Shown: positions 38,034 through 47,644 of the stretch, one piece after another
Layout of the letters: each line of letters begins with the position of its first letter
How positions within the stretch are numbered: position 1 is the stretch's first letter
Made by a program: the position numbers and the translations under genes
Source of the DNA: Macrostomum lignano
Lineage: Eukaryota
Assembly: GCA_002269645.1 (NCBI GenBank)
Contig: NIVC01000575.1
Coordinates: 62,001 to 126,000 of the forward strand
DNA: 64,000 nt
Direction of reading: 5' to 3'
The notes under the pieces: generated by a model
The model's database searches: none
Seen by the model: the letters and a program-made list of their open reading frames with translations, nothing else
What the model was told of the DNA's origin: nothing

Positions 38034-38708
38034 CTACAATCGGCCAAAAAATCTACTACAGTTGGTCGCAAACAGTCGAGTCCAATACCTGCGATCACAT
38101 TCACTGTCCGCTAGGGCTTCCGGCACGAACTTGATGGCTGTCGGGTCCTTGGGGTCTCCACCAAACGGTGCGGCCGATGTCACTAGCAGGCGCTGCCGCG
38201 GGAGACGCTTAGCCCGTTGGACCGCTCGCGGGGATCCTCGGCACCGAGCGGACACCTCGAAGAAGACCCCGTGGCACTTGCTCACCAGCGCGGCCTCGAC
38301 GGCCTCCGGCAAGTCCAGGTCCTCGGCCAGCATGACGCTCATCGTTTGAAACTCCGGCTGCCGGAGGAATCCTAGGGCGACCGCCCAGGCAGGTTCGCCG
38401 CCTTCAACTCGGAACAAAACCGGCAGGCCGAACTCCTTGGCAAGCAAGAACTGCTCCATCGCCGCCGTTAACTGGTCCTGGCGCTGCGACCTCTCAGCGT
38501 CCCAATTGAGCTCGACTTCGCCGACCGCCACGACACGCGGCCAGCTACCCGCTAGAAATCGTCGTACATCGTCTCGCAGCGATGGCCACCACGGTGCAGC
38601 ACTGGCCTTCAGGCCCAGGGCGAACACGATCCGTCGGTCTTGCAGCAGTGGTCGGACACGGGACATTCTAGACGCAGGCAGTACGGCGAGTTTACAGCCG
38701 CTAGACAT
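38034..38708 (-). CDS. TatD-family (amidohydrolase TIM-barrel) DNase-like domain, predicted catalytically degenerate; retrotransposon cargo
   Basis: TatD motifs in order: IVFALGLKA (cf. VYAAVGLHP), VVAVGEVELNW (cf. VVAIGEIGLDY), FLLAKEFGLPVLFR (cf. LAKELNLPVIIH), LPRQRLLVTSAAPF (cf. IPLDRLLLETDAPF), NCSRFFG (cf. NARRLFG). Confidence 0.75.
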   Translation of the reverse strand: MSSGCKLAVLPASRMSRVRPLLQDRRIVFALGLKASAAPWWPSLRDDVRRFLAGSWPRVVAVGEVELNWDAERSQRQDQLTAAMEQFLLAKEFGLPVLFRVEGGEPAWAVALGFLRQPEFQTMSVMLAEDLDLPEAVEAALVSKCHGVFFEVSARCRGSPRAVQRAKRLPRQRLLVTSAAPFGGDPKDPTAIKFVPEALADSECDRRYWTRLFATNCSRFFGRL

Positions 38709-39709
38709 CGACGCACGCCACGAAGGTCCTCGGGCTGAATCGACCGGCCCAGCCTCGTTAGGTATGCCTTTGCATCGACGAGACGCTTAGCCGAGCTGAC
38801 CTTGCGCTGATTCGGGTCGTCACGGGGGGAGACCTCCTGGACCGTGTCGGCCGGTCGTACTTGCTCGGGGTCGACACCCGTTAACTCTTCGGTCGCCAAG
38901 TCGCGCTGGGCCGTCAGCGGAGTCTGCGAAAGGTGCGGCCCGTCACTCCCCTCCTCCGGGCGCCGCGCGAGGCCAGGATCCACTAAGAGAGACAGACCCC
39001 GGAGCCTCCCCAACAAGGGACCCCCCAACTCACACAGCTCAAAACCCCGCACAGCCAACAACACGCACTCAAACGCCGCCTGCAGCACCGAAGGCGGGAC
39101 CCTCCGACACCTCCCGGAGCCACCACCAGAACCTCTCTTCCGCCCATACTGATTGCACAGAAACGACACAGACACTGCTAAGAATCTAGACAACTGCTCA
39201 GGCACACTCACACCAGCCCCATCAAGAAACCTCGCCACCTCCTGAACCACCAGGCAAGCTCCTTCACTATCCCCAGCCCTCAACCGCGCCAGCAGCGCAC
39301 CCCTCAGCCGCCTACACTCAGCAAGCGCAGCCGGAGCCAATAACTCGGCTGGGATCTCCGCGTGAACTGGAGCTTCCCCTGCGGCGCTTCCCTTAAGACT
39401 AGCCAAAGCTAACCTGACCTGCTCGGGCAACTCAACGTCAGGGGGAGGATTGAAAAAGTAGGCGTACTTTAACACCCCTTGACACGCTGCCTCCCCAACC
39501 CGATCGTATACTTCCCGAAACACTGGGTCAGATAAAACGCACATCGCCATCACGTCTCGCTGAGACTCCGGAGACTCTACCTCGGCAGGACAGACGCGGG
39601 GCCGCTTTGAGTACAGACGACTACACGCTGCCTCAATCTCCGCAGAGTTAGCAGTCCGACCCACGCCTAACACGCCATACAAATCAGTCGGTGTCGTTGG
39701 CGACGACAT
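38609..39709 (-). CDS. J-domain-like (DNAJB-type, HPD absent) protein whose C-terminus holds the first TatD strand; probably continuous with 38034-38708
   Basis: TDLYGVLGVGRTANSAEIEAACSRLYSKRPR...VLSDPVFREVYDRVGEAACQG parallels DYYKILG(V)SRDAS.DEIKKAYRKLALKYHPD...VLSDPKKREIYDQYGEEGLKG. ATG at 39709 in ACCATG context. C-terminal RLVDAKAYL parallels TatD MLIDSHCHL. Confidence 0.7.
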   Translation of the reverse strand: MSSPTTPTDLYGVLGVGRTANSAEIEAACSRLYSKRPRVCPAEVESPESQRDVMAMCVLSDPVFREVYDRVGEAACQGVLKYAYFFNPPPDVELPEQVRLALASLKGSAAGEAPVHAEIPAELLAPAALAECRRLRGALLARLRAGDSEGACLVVQEVARFLDGAGVSVPEQLSRFLAVSVSFLCNQYGRKRGSGGGSGRCRRVPPSVLQAAFECVLLAVRGFELCELGGPLLGRLRGLSLLVDPGLARRPEEGSDGPHLSQTPLTAQRDLATEELTGVDPEQVRPADTVQEVSPRDDPNQRKVSSAKRLVDAKAYLTRLGRSIQPEDLRGVRRCLAAVNSPYCLRLECPVSDHCCKTDGSCSPWA

Positions 39710-40046
39710 GGTCCTCCTGCAATGATGACATTTAAACCCAATCACTACCTATGCCTTGCGGACTAGCAACTGTGACCCTGACCTGACCCATCCTATGACA
39801 TGTTTATTTTACAATACGATTGAGAACGCTTCTTGCCTAGCATACTTTGTAATTTTAATACATTTAATGTTTTTTACGTGCTTTCCATGCGTTCCATTTT
39901 ATGATTTTTTTGTGCTTTGGGGTTGTATCATTTTTTTCATTTTAGGTTATTTTAGGCTTTCTACCATAGACAACAGCGTGGAGGCATTAATACAAGTGCA
40001 TATTAAAAATCAATTTATGACGACCGCCTTGTGAGCCCACTGCGAA

Positions 40047-43000
40047 TTAACGATACAATACCGGATTCCCGTAATACGCTGGGGGCACACCCCGACGCTC
40101 GCGCAGTCTGCGCGGAGACACGGCTGGCGCCGCTGGAGCCACCGGTGCGCATGGCGCAACTGGCGTTCCCGGCCCTACTATCCCATGCCGAGGCCCAACG
40201 GCAACTGGTGGCACCACATACGAGTAAAACTCCTCCTTTTCCTCGAGTTCCGGCTCTTTAGTCGCCGGCCCCGCGGGCTCCTGTCTGCACCCTGCCGGCT
40301 CAGGCGGATGCGCCGACCGGCGCTGCACTGCCGTATGCCTATTCATCAACCTGAACTGCTCAGGCCGCTCGGGTACTTTTCGCAAATTATTATAATGCAC
40401 TATTTTGCTCTTTCCCCTATTGGCGTGCTTTACCCGGTAATTCAAATCGGATATCTTCTCTAACACCTTCGCCGGCCCCTTCCAATTGCAATGGAACTTG
40501 GCTGCCTCCCCTGCCTGCAGCGCAGGCGAGTATTCTAGGACGGCATCCCCACTTCTATGGCCGGGCCTCGCACCCTTGAGTCGTACAGCACTTTCTGTTT
40601 CCTCTGGTACTGCTGCAGGTTGGTCCGCACCTGCGAATGAGCCTCAGCCAGACTATTACCTAATGACTGAACATACGCCGGAGCACTGGCAGGAATGGAC
40701 TCAGGCAAGGTTCCGATGTCCACTGGAAGCCGCATCTCCCTGGCGTACAGCATGTAGTACGGGGTGTACCCCGTGCCTCTGTGAACGCTGCTACGGTACG
40801 CCATGAGAGACGGGTGGATCAGATCCTCCCAGTCTCCTTCGCCCACCGACTCACTCATCCTGCACTTGATCATTGACTTCAACGTCTTATTGAAACTCTC
40901 AGCCTGACCATCAGCCATCGGGTGATAGGAGGACGTTCTGCATTTCTTAACGGCAAGCAACCGACACAACTGCTTCATCAAAGCCGACTCAAAATTGGTG
41001 CCCTTATCGGTGACTAGAAATTCAGGACAACCAAAGTGCGCAATCCAGTGATCAAAAATCGCTCGCGCCACCGTCGGGCTCGCTGATTGGACAAGGGCAC
41101 CGCCACCGGCCACTTAGTAAAAGAATCCTGGATTGTCAGCACGAATCGATTGCCACCTCTGGACTTGGGCAACGGCCCGACAATGTCACTCATGATCCTC
41201 TGGAAAGCTCCTTCCGAGCAGATTGGCTGCAAAGGCGCCCGGTTGCTGCGCCCAGGCTTCGCCTTCGCACAGTGGACACAGCTCCGGCAATACTCTTCCA
41301 CGGAACGACTCAGCCCCGGCCACCAGTATCTCGCCTTCACTTTCTCTTGTGTCTTCCTAACCCCAAGGTGCCCTCCTGCAACCCCATCATGAAGCTCACT
41401 GAGCACTTTCGGCAGCAAAGCCGGCGGCAGCAAGATCTTTTTCTGGCACCCACTCCCGGGACTCTGAAAATACAACAGATCAGACTCTACTCTTATCAGC
41501 TGCCGTTGTGCCCACAGCACACGCTCCTCCCACGACATCACTCTAGGCGCACTGGGGTTCGAACCCGGGTCCAGGGCATAGGAGCGGACAGCTGCAAGCT
41601 TCTTCTCGGCCACTTGCGCCTGCTGGACTTCCTTCGAAGACAGCCCACTGCCAAACACCGCGTTCACTACTGGCACATTCTCGCTAAACTGGCAGCTAGG
41701 GCAGCTCTCATGGCCAGCGTGTTTTCGGTACTTGCGAGACAGCGAATCAGCGTTGCCGTGCTCCTTGCCTGGCCTGTGAATGATCTCAAAGTCGAAGTTC
41801 TGGAGCGACTCAAGCCACCTTGCGCACTGACCCTCTACGTCCTTCAGACTGGCTAGCCACTGCAAAGCTTTGTGGTCTGAACGAACAGTGAACTTTCTAC
41901 CTAACAAATAGTACCTATACTTTTTGACGAAGTGCACGACGGCAAGCAACTCTAACCTGGTGGTGCAATAATTTTTCTCCGCCGCATGAATCATCCTAGA
42001 CCCGTAAGCGATCACCTTCTCACGGCCATCTGCTTGACGCTGTGACAGGACGGCTCCCAGCCCGACGCGCGAACTGGCGTCCGTGTCGAGGATGAACTCC
42101 CCGGCACCAGGCGAAAAATCCGGGAATGCCATCACATTCGTGAACACAAAGCGTCTTTCAGCCTGCAAAACGAACTCTCCTCTTCACTACCCCACTCAAA
42201 CTTCACTCCGTCTGCGGTTAACCTATACAGCGGCGCTGCAATCTCCGAAAACTGCGGGATAAATGACTGATAGTAGGCGCACGTACCCAGGAATGCCTGC
42301 ACCTTCTTGGCGCTACATGGCCTCGGCCAATTCTGGATCTCCTCGCACTTGCTCGGGTCCGTTGCGATCCCCTCCTGAGAGACGATGTGGCCCAGAAACT
42401 TCACCCGCTCTGCGAGGAACACACACTTGGCGGGCTTCAGCTTGACATTGGCATCCCTCAGGCACTGGAAAACATGCTTCAATCGCTCGAGATGCTGACC
42501 CACCGACTTGGCGAACACGACTATATCGTCAAAGTACACCAGGCACTCCTTCCAGTTAACCTCAGACAGGGCCATAGACATTAGCCTGGCGAACGTAGCG
42601 GGAGCATTGCGCAAGCCAAAACTCATGCACTTCCAGGCGAACTGACCCCTGTTGGGTACCACGAACGCCGTTTTCAACTGGTCCTTCGGCTCAATCGGGC
42701 ACTGATGATAGCCGGAGGCCAGATCCATCGTCGAGAAAACACAGTTCCCTCCTAGCGCATCAAGCGTCTCGTCATCCGCGGCGGTGGGTAAGGATCTGGC
42801 ACTGTGACCTCGTTAAGGCGCCGATAGTCTAGACACAACCTCAAGCTACCGTCGGCCTTTTTAACCGGCACGATCGGGCTCGCCCACGGAGAGTAGCAGG
42901 GATAGATGCGATCCTGCTGCAACAACTCATCAACCTGCTTATCAATTTCCTCCTTCCAGCGCGGTGGAATCCTACGCGCGGGCTGACTTACTGGCTTGGC

Positions 43001-44041
43001 GTTGCCGGTGTCAATCTCATGCGCCATCAAGTGTGACTGTCCCAACTCCGAGCTATCCCTGGCAAAGACATCACGATTCCGAGCCATCAGGCGCTCAAAC
43101 TCGTGCTTCTCATCGCCCGTCAGGCCACATCCTCCCCACTCCTTGACATCGCTGAGGGGGTTCCAGTCGTCTCGGACACTCTCCACCGAGTTCACCTGCC
43201 ACCCAGCTGGCTGCTGGGCCGCCACTGGGGAGAACCAACCAATTCGGCTTCCCTTCCTTAATGACAGACTGCATCCTGACGTGTTCAACACCCTGACAGC
43301 CAAGCGACCGTCCCCGTCAGGCATCTGTACCGATCTGGCCACCATCTGCTCGTTACTCACTCTCCTCTCAGACTCCACAATGCCTAGGAACTGAACCCCA
43401 GAGGGAACCCTTCTCTGCAACCTGACGTGCACCACCTTCTCTTGACCTGCATTGAACTGCTCAGGCTGACTCAGCACCAGACGGCAAAGACGCGGCTTAT
43501 CTGCTGATAAGCGAAACGGATACACACAGGATGCAGTCTGCAAGCAATTCCTAGCAAAGTCAATCGCCATCCCGTGTCTCACGAAAAAGTCAGTGCCCAG
43601 AATACATGCCACAGCCAGTTCCTCGACCACAGCGAACTCGTGCAAAAACTCGGTGTCCCCAACAGAAAACTTCATCGTCACCATTCCATGTACAGCAATC
43701 GGTTCCCCATTGGCAGCGAAAACGGAAAAATTCGGCAAATTCGGCGATAAGTCAATGTCGGCTTTTCTAGACTTCAGGAAACGGTTGCTTAACAACGACA
43801 CGGTGGCCCCGCTGTCCAGCAGACATGCAATCGGGGGCCCAAACCTAAACTGTGCATCCACATAGCCCAGTCCCTGCCGACTCAGCACACTCTGGGACAA
43901 GGCCGCGGCCCCCGATGCACCCGGATTCACTGACGCTGGGGCCCGGACGGGTGCCCCGGCCGAGCCCCCAATCCGTTTCCCGAACCCGACTGGTCCCACC
44001 GACGATAGCAGCGGTTGCGCATGTGCCCTGACTGGCCACAC
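40047..44041 (-). CDS. pol: Gypsy pol polyprotein (protease, RT, RNase H, integrase) split by four single-base deletions
   Basis: PR LLDSGAT; RT SPWASPIVPVKKADGSLRLCLDYRRLN, MDLASGYHQ, YFDD; RH FILDTDAS...ELLAV...RSDH; IN HHCC plus SDIVGP / VTDKG / QAESFN and WKGP motif. Restoring one base near 42775, 42140, 41078 and 40547 yields a continuous frame. Confidence 0.95.
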
Positions 44042-44907
44042 TCCCGGCAGACCACTGCATTACGGCACCGAGCCGTAGTATGCCCTGTCTGCAGGCACCG
44101 ACCACACTGCCTCTGCTGCTGACTCTGCTCAGGGGCTCGATGCTGCAAGCTCACTTTTGGCTGCTCAGACCTTGCTGTCGCCATCGGCGCAGTGGGCGCT
44201 GCAGCACTTGCTTTTAGCTGAGCCACTTCCGCTTTCAGAGCTGCTATCTCGGCGGCTGCCCTGGACTCCTGGCTGTTGCCAGCCGCTGCGGCCTGACCCC
44301 CCACCATGTGCACAGCTCGCTTACCCTCGGGCTCCATCAGAGCCAACGATGCCCTCACTTGACGCACCCGCCTAATAGCGTCCTGGAGCGTCTCTGGCGC
44401 TTGCAGCAGCACGCTCTCCAGCACCCGGGCTGGCACCCGAATCCCCTTCAAAAACCTGTCTTTCACCAACTCTTCTCGCTGGGCCGCTGGCAGCATTGGG
44501 TACGATTTTCTCATAAGCTCCTTGAGCACGTCTGCATATTCTTCAATGGGCTCGCCATCTTTCTGATTCCTACTCTGGAACTCGGTCTTGTAATCTTGAG
44601 CAGTCCTATTCTCATCAAACCTAGCTTCTAGCTGCTCAACAAACTCATCATACGGCAAATCATCGGCCAACTCAAGATTCGCAACAGCCTTAAAAGCAGT
44701 ATTAAAGTCAAGCAGACTGAGCAGCGCCTGCTTGCGCTGATCCCCTAGAATATGAGCCGCCTCACAATACCCTGTGAATTGTTGCATCCAAAGGGCAAAG
44801 TCCTGTGTGGGCACGTACTTATTTGGCCTCGGCACCCGCTGTGCCACATTAAGTTCGTTTTGCAGACGCGCCGTCAGGGCGTCAATCAGATCGTCTAAAT
44901 TGGCCAT
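43927..44907 (-). CDS. gag: Gypsy gag with two CCHC zinc knuckles
   Basis: ATG at 44907 (MANLDDLIDAL...); capsid-like DFALWMQQF...QALLSLL and FQSRNQKDGEPIEEY; knuckles CGRCLQTGHTTARC and CRECGQSGHMRNRC. Confidence 0.93.
   Translation of the reverse strand: MANLDDLIDALTARLQNELNVAQRVPRPNKYVPTQDFALWMQQFTGYCEAAHILGDQRKQALLSLLDFNTAFKAVANLELADDLPYDEFVEQLEARFDENRTAQDYKTEFQSRNQKDGEPIEEYADVLKELMRKSYPMLPAAQREELVKDRFLKGIRVPARVLESVLLQAPETLQDAIRRVRQVRASLALMEPEGKRAVHMVGGQAAAAGNSQESRAAAEIAALKAEVAQLKASAAAPTAPMATARSEQPKVSLQHRAPEQSQQQRQCGRCLQTGHTTARCRNAVVCRECGQSGHMRNRCYRRWDQSGSGNGLGARPGHPSGPQRQ
43975..43981 (-). other. Candidate -1 ribosomal frameshift slippery site G GGA AAC at the gag/pol overlap
   Basis: X XXY YYZ heptamer in the gag frame; pol is in the -1 frame; GGGGC...GCCCC stem starts about 6 nt downstream. 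Confidence 0.65.
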
Positions 44908-45011
44908 GGCTACAAAAACACAGAGACAACCGAAGCAAACAACACACAAATAAACTAGGCAACACACACAACCCTAAACACACGGCAGGACAGCAGGGGA
45001 GAGGACCGCTG

Positions 45012-45029
45012 ATCCTGGTCACGGCACCA
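45012..45029 (-). other. Primer-binding site TGGTGCCGTGACCAGGAT, complementary to the tRNA-His 3' end
   Basis: 2 nt inside the 5' LTR boundary; complement ATCCTGGTCACGGCACCA matches the 3' end of metazoan tRNA-His as recalled. Confidence 0.85.
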
Positions 45030-45031
45030 CT

Positions 45032-45731
45032 TGTTGTGTCTCGGCCTAATGGCCGCTGGACGGGTCAAGGTTCGGGCCCTCCCCGCCTGAGACACCCCGG
45101 TCCCAGCCCTCACCCCGGCTATTCCTACCCTGTCTCGCTCGGTTCGGCGAGAGTTCGCCTGACCGAACACCCTGGGATCGGCGAGAGTTCACCGTTCCCA
45201 GGTCCCTGCAGATCCCGGCCCCACGCGGCAACCCAGAAGAACGAAAGCTCGAGCTCACCTCCTCTTGATATATCGAGTTACTAACGAAGCGTTTATTGGC
45301 CCGAAGCAGTATTGGCACGCGAAGGCAGAGGTACGCCGTTGAACGCAAAAACAGTAAGAACGAAGCGGACACCAATAGAGAGCAAACGTGGAGCGCAGCC
45401 CGCTCAGGGCTAGCATTTAAATAATACACAAAAAAGGGGGAGGGGTGGGGCAGAATGGAGACGGCGAGCCAAACCCTGGGGCCCAGCCGGCTTATCAGCC
45501 AGCCAGCCAATACGAGCAGCCCCAGGGTGAGGCGGGCAACGAGGGAGGGGGGGGGGCACCCAGATTGGACAGAGATTGGGCCGGGGCTGGGTGCAAAGGG
45601 CTAGGCCAGGGTTGAGACTTACGCCTCTCACAAACCCTGGCCCGGGCGCGAGACGGGGGACGGGGCGGGGTGGCATGAAAACTGAAAACAAAAGTACGAG
45701 TACATACACACTGGAAGGGCGCAGCCCAACA
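45032..45731 (-). repeat. 5' LTR (700 bp) with U3 promoter motifs
   Basis: Minus strand: GC box near 45665, two CCAAT near 45563-45580, TATTTAAA at 45416-45423, AATAAA at 45292-45297. Confidence 0.97.
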
Positions 45732-46239
45732 TAATGCACGCGGATCATTCTGGAACAAAGACTCAGAGTTATTATAGGCTTTGCAGGTCTGGTTGGTTGG
45801 TAGGCCAGGGTCACTGCAAGGTCATTGCAGAGTAGAATCGAGCTCTACTCCTTCAAGCCCGCTAGGCTGGGAACAAAGACTAATCCGCGCAGGCTAATAC
45901 GGAGGATAATGTGGAGCTCAATTTGAGTGCAATGTATGACAATTAATTCTGTAAAAAATAATTAATAAGCCAATCAGCTGTCGGCTTCTTTGACTTGAAG
46001 GCAGATCCGCCTGCTTGATGATGCACTAGCAGAGACCAGCAAACCTTGCGGCAGGTGCGTCCCGCTCAACTTTGAGATGGAGAGCTGTAAACTCTTTGTC
46101 CTGCAATTATGGATCAAATTATGCGGGAGGGGCATGCTATAGCATTTGCGTCAGCTCCTTGCCGATTGCAGAATAGTGGCTGGGATCAGGCAGCGGAGGA
46201 GAGGAGTGTGAGCAGGGGGGGAGGGTAGGAGGGAGCGGA

Positions 46240-47010
46240 GGGAAAAGAGAGAAAGGTGGGAGAGGATGAGAGGAGAGAGAGGAGAGGAGAGACAGGAGGA
46301 GAGGAGCGAAGAGAGGAGAGAGACGAGGAGAGGAGAGAGAGAGAGGAGGGAGAGGAGAGGAGGAGAGGAGAGAGAGAAGAGGAGATTAGATTAGAGAGGA
46401 GAGAGAGGAGAGAGAGAAGAGGAGATTAGATTAGAGAGGAGAGAGAGGTGGGAGAGGAGAAAGAGGAGGGAGAGGAGAGGAGGAGAGGAGAGAGAGAGAA
46501 GAGGAGATTAGATTAGAGAGGAGAAAGGAGAAAGAGAAGGGAGAGAGAGGAGGGAGAGGAGAGGAGGAGAGGAGAGAGAGAAGAGAAGATTAGATTAGAG
46601 AGGAGAAAGAGGAGGGAGAGGAGAAAGAGAAGGGAGAGAGAGGAGGGAGAGGAGAGGAGGAGAGGAGAGAGAGAGAAGAGAAGATTAGATTAGAGAGGAG
46701 AAAGAGGAGGGAGAGGAGAAAGAGAAGGGAGAGAGAGGATGGAGAGGAGAGGAGGAGAGGAGAGAGAGAAGAGAAGATTAGATTAGAGAGGAGAAAGAGG
46801 AGGGAGAGGAGAAAGAGAAGGGAGAGAGAGGATGGAGAGGAGAGGAGGAGAGGAGAGAGAGAAGAGAAGATTAGATTAGAGAGGAGAAAGAGGAGGGAGA
46901 GGAGAAAGAGAAGGGAGAGAGAGGATGGAGAGGAGAGGAGGAGAGGAGAGAGAGAAGAGAAGATTAGATTAGAGAGGAGAAAGAGGAGGGAGAGGAGAGG
47001 AGAGGAGAGA
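46240..47010. repeat. GA-rich polypurine composite repeat
   Basis: Visible. Confidence 0.95.
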
Positions 47011-47644
47011 GGAGATGGTATACAGTATAGTGACATACAAACGTTCACAAGAGCATTGTCATGAAGTTAAATTTCGGGGCTCATGCTAATTTAGCCTCCT
47101 CTCATTTCCAGCAGTTGGGCAGGTGCAAGCAGTGCGGCCCATTATGCAATGCAAGCAGGTCAAATACTCGAAGTTAAAAACAGTTTCTATTGAGTCAAAC
47201 TGCGCCACTTCAGGCCAGTTAGCTTGGCGCAGCGGTCTCTGCTTTTTGTTGAGCTCGTGTTGCCAGTTCTCTGGCACAAAAGCTACTAGAAGCAGTCATG
47301 ATCTACTAGAGCTCAAAGTGTTCCATCAAGCCCACCTCACTAAGCCCCCCTAACAGTGAAATCTTGGGTTTGAGAGGAATGAGAGCACCCTGACCCTCAC
47401 TCTGTCTTTCTGACTCCGAGCTGGGCTGACAGTTTTATGTGCAATTAATCAACGCCGACCTCTGCTGCAGTTGCCTGCCATCTTTTCTTTGTGGTCAGGA
47501 ATTTCAGCTTGGAGCTGCTCTCTGCGCTGCCTGTCAGCTCGAGTCCATACTTGCTTTGTTTTCGAGGTAAGTGAATTTGAACTGTAGCTGAACTGCCTGA
47601 CCCTTTCAGCTGAGGTGTCTGTCTCTTGAGTCTTCTCATGACTA

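Larger units (their letters stand above)
37093..45731 (-). mobile_element. Full-length Ty3/Gypsy LTR retrotransposon (8.6 kb) carrying an extra J-like/TatD-like ORF
   Basis: Two about 700-bp direct repeats ending TG...CA; TAAT duplicated at 37089-37092 and 45732-45735; PBS, PPT, gag and PR-RT-RH-IN domain order. Confidence 0.98.

Noticed and set aside
38034-39745. Extra retrotransposon ORF as an env gene
   Set aside because: No signal peptide, furin-type cleavage plus fusion peptide or C-terminal transmembrane anchor seen; J-like and TatD motifs explain it better.
37085-45814. Plus-strand and LTR-internal ORFs overlapping the retrotransposon
   Set aside because: Antisense shadows of GC-rich gag/pol or LTR sequence with no recognisable motifs.
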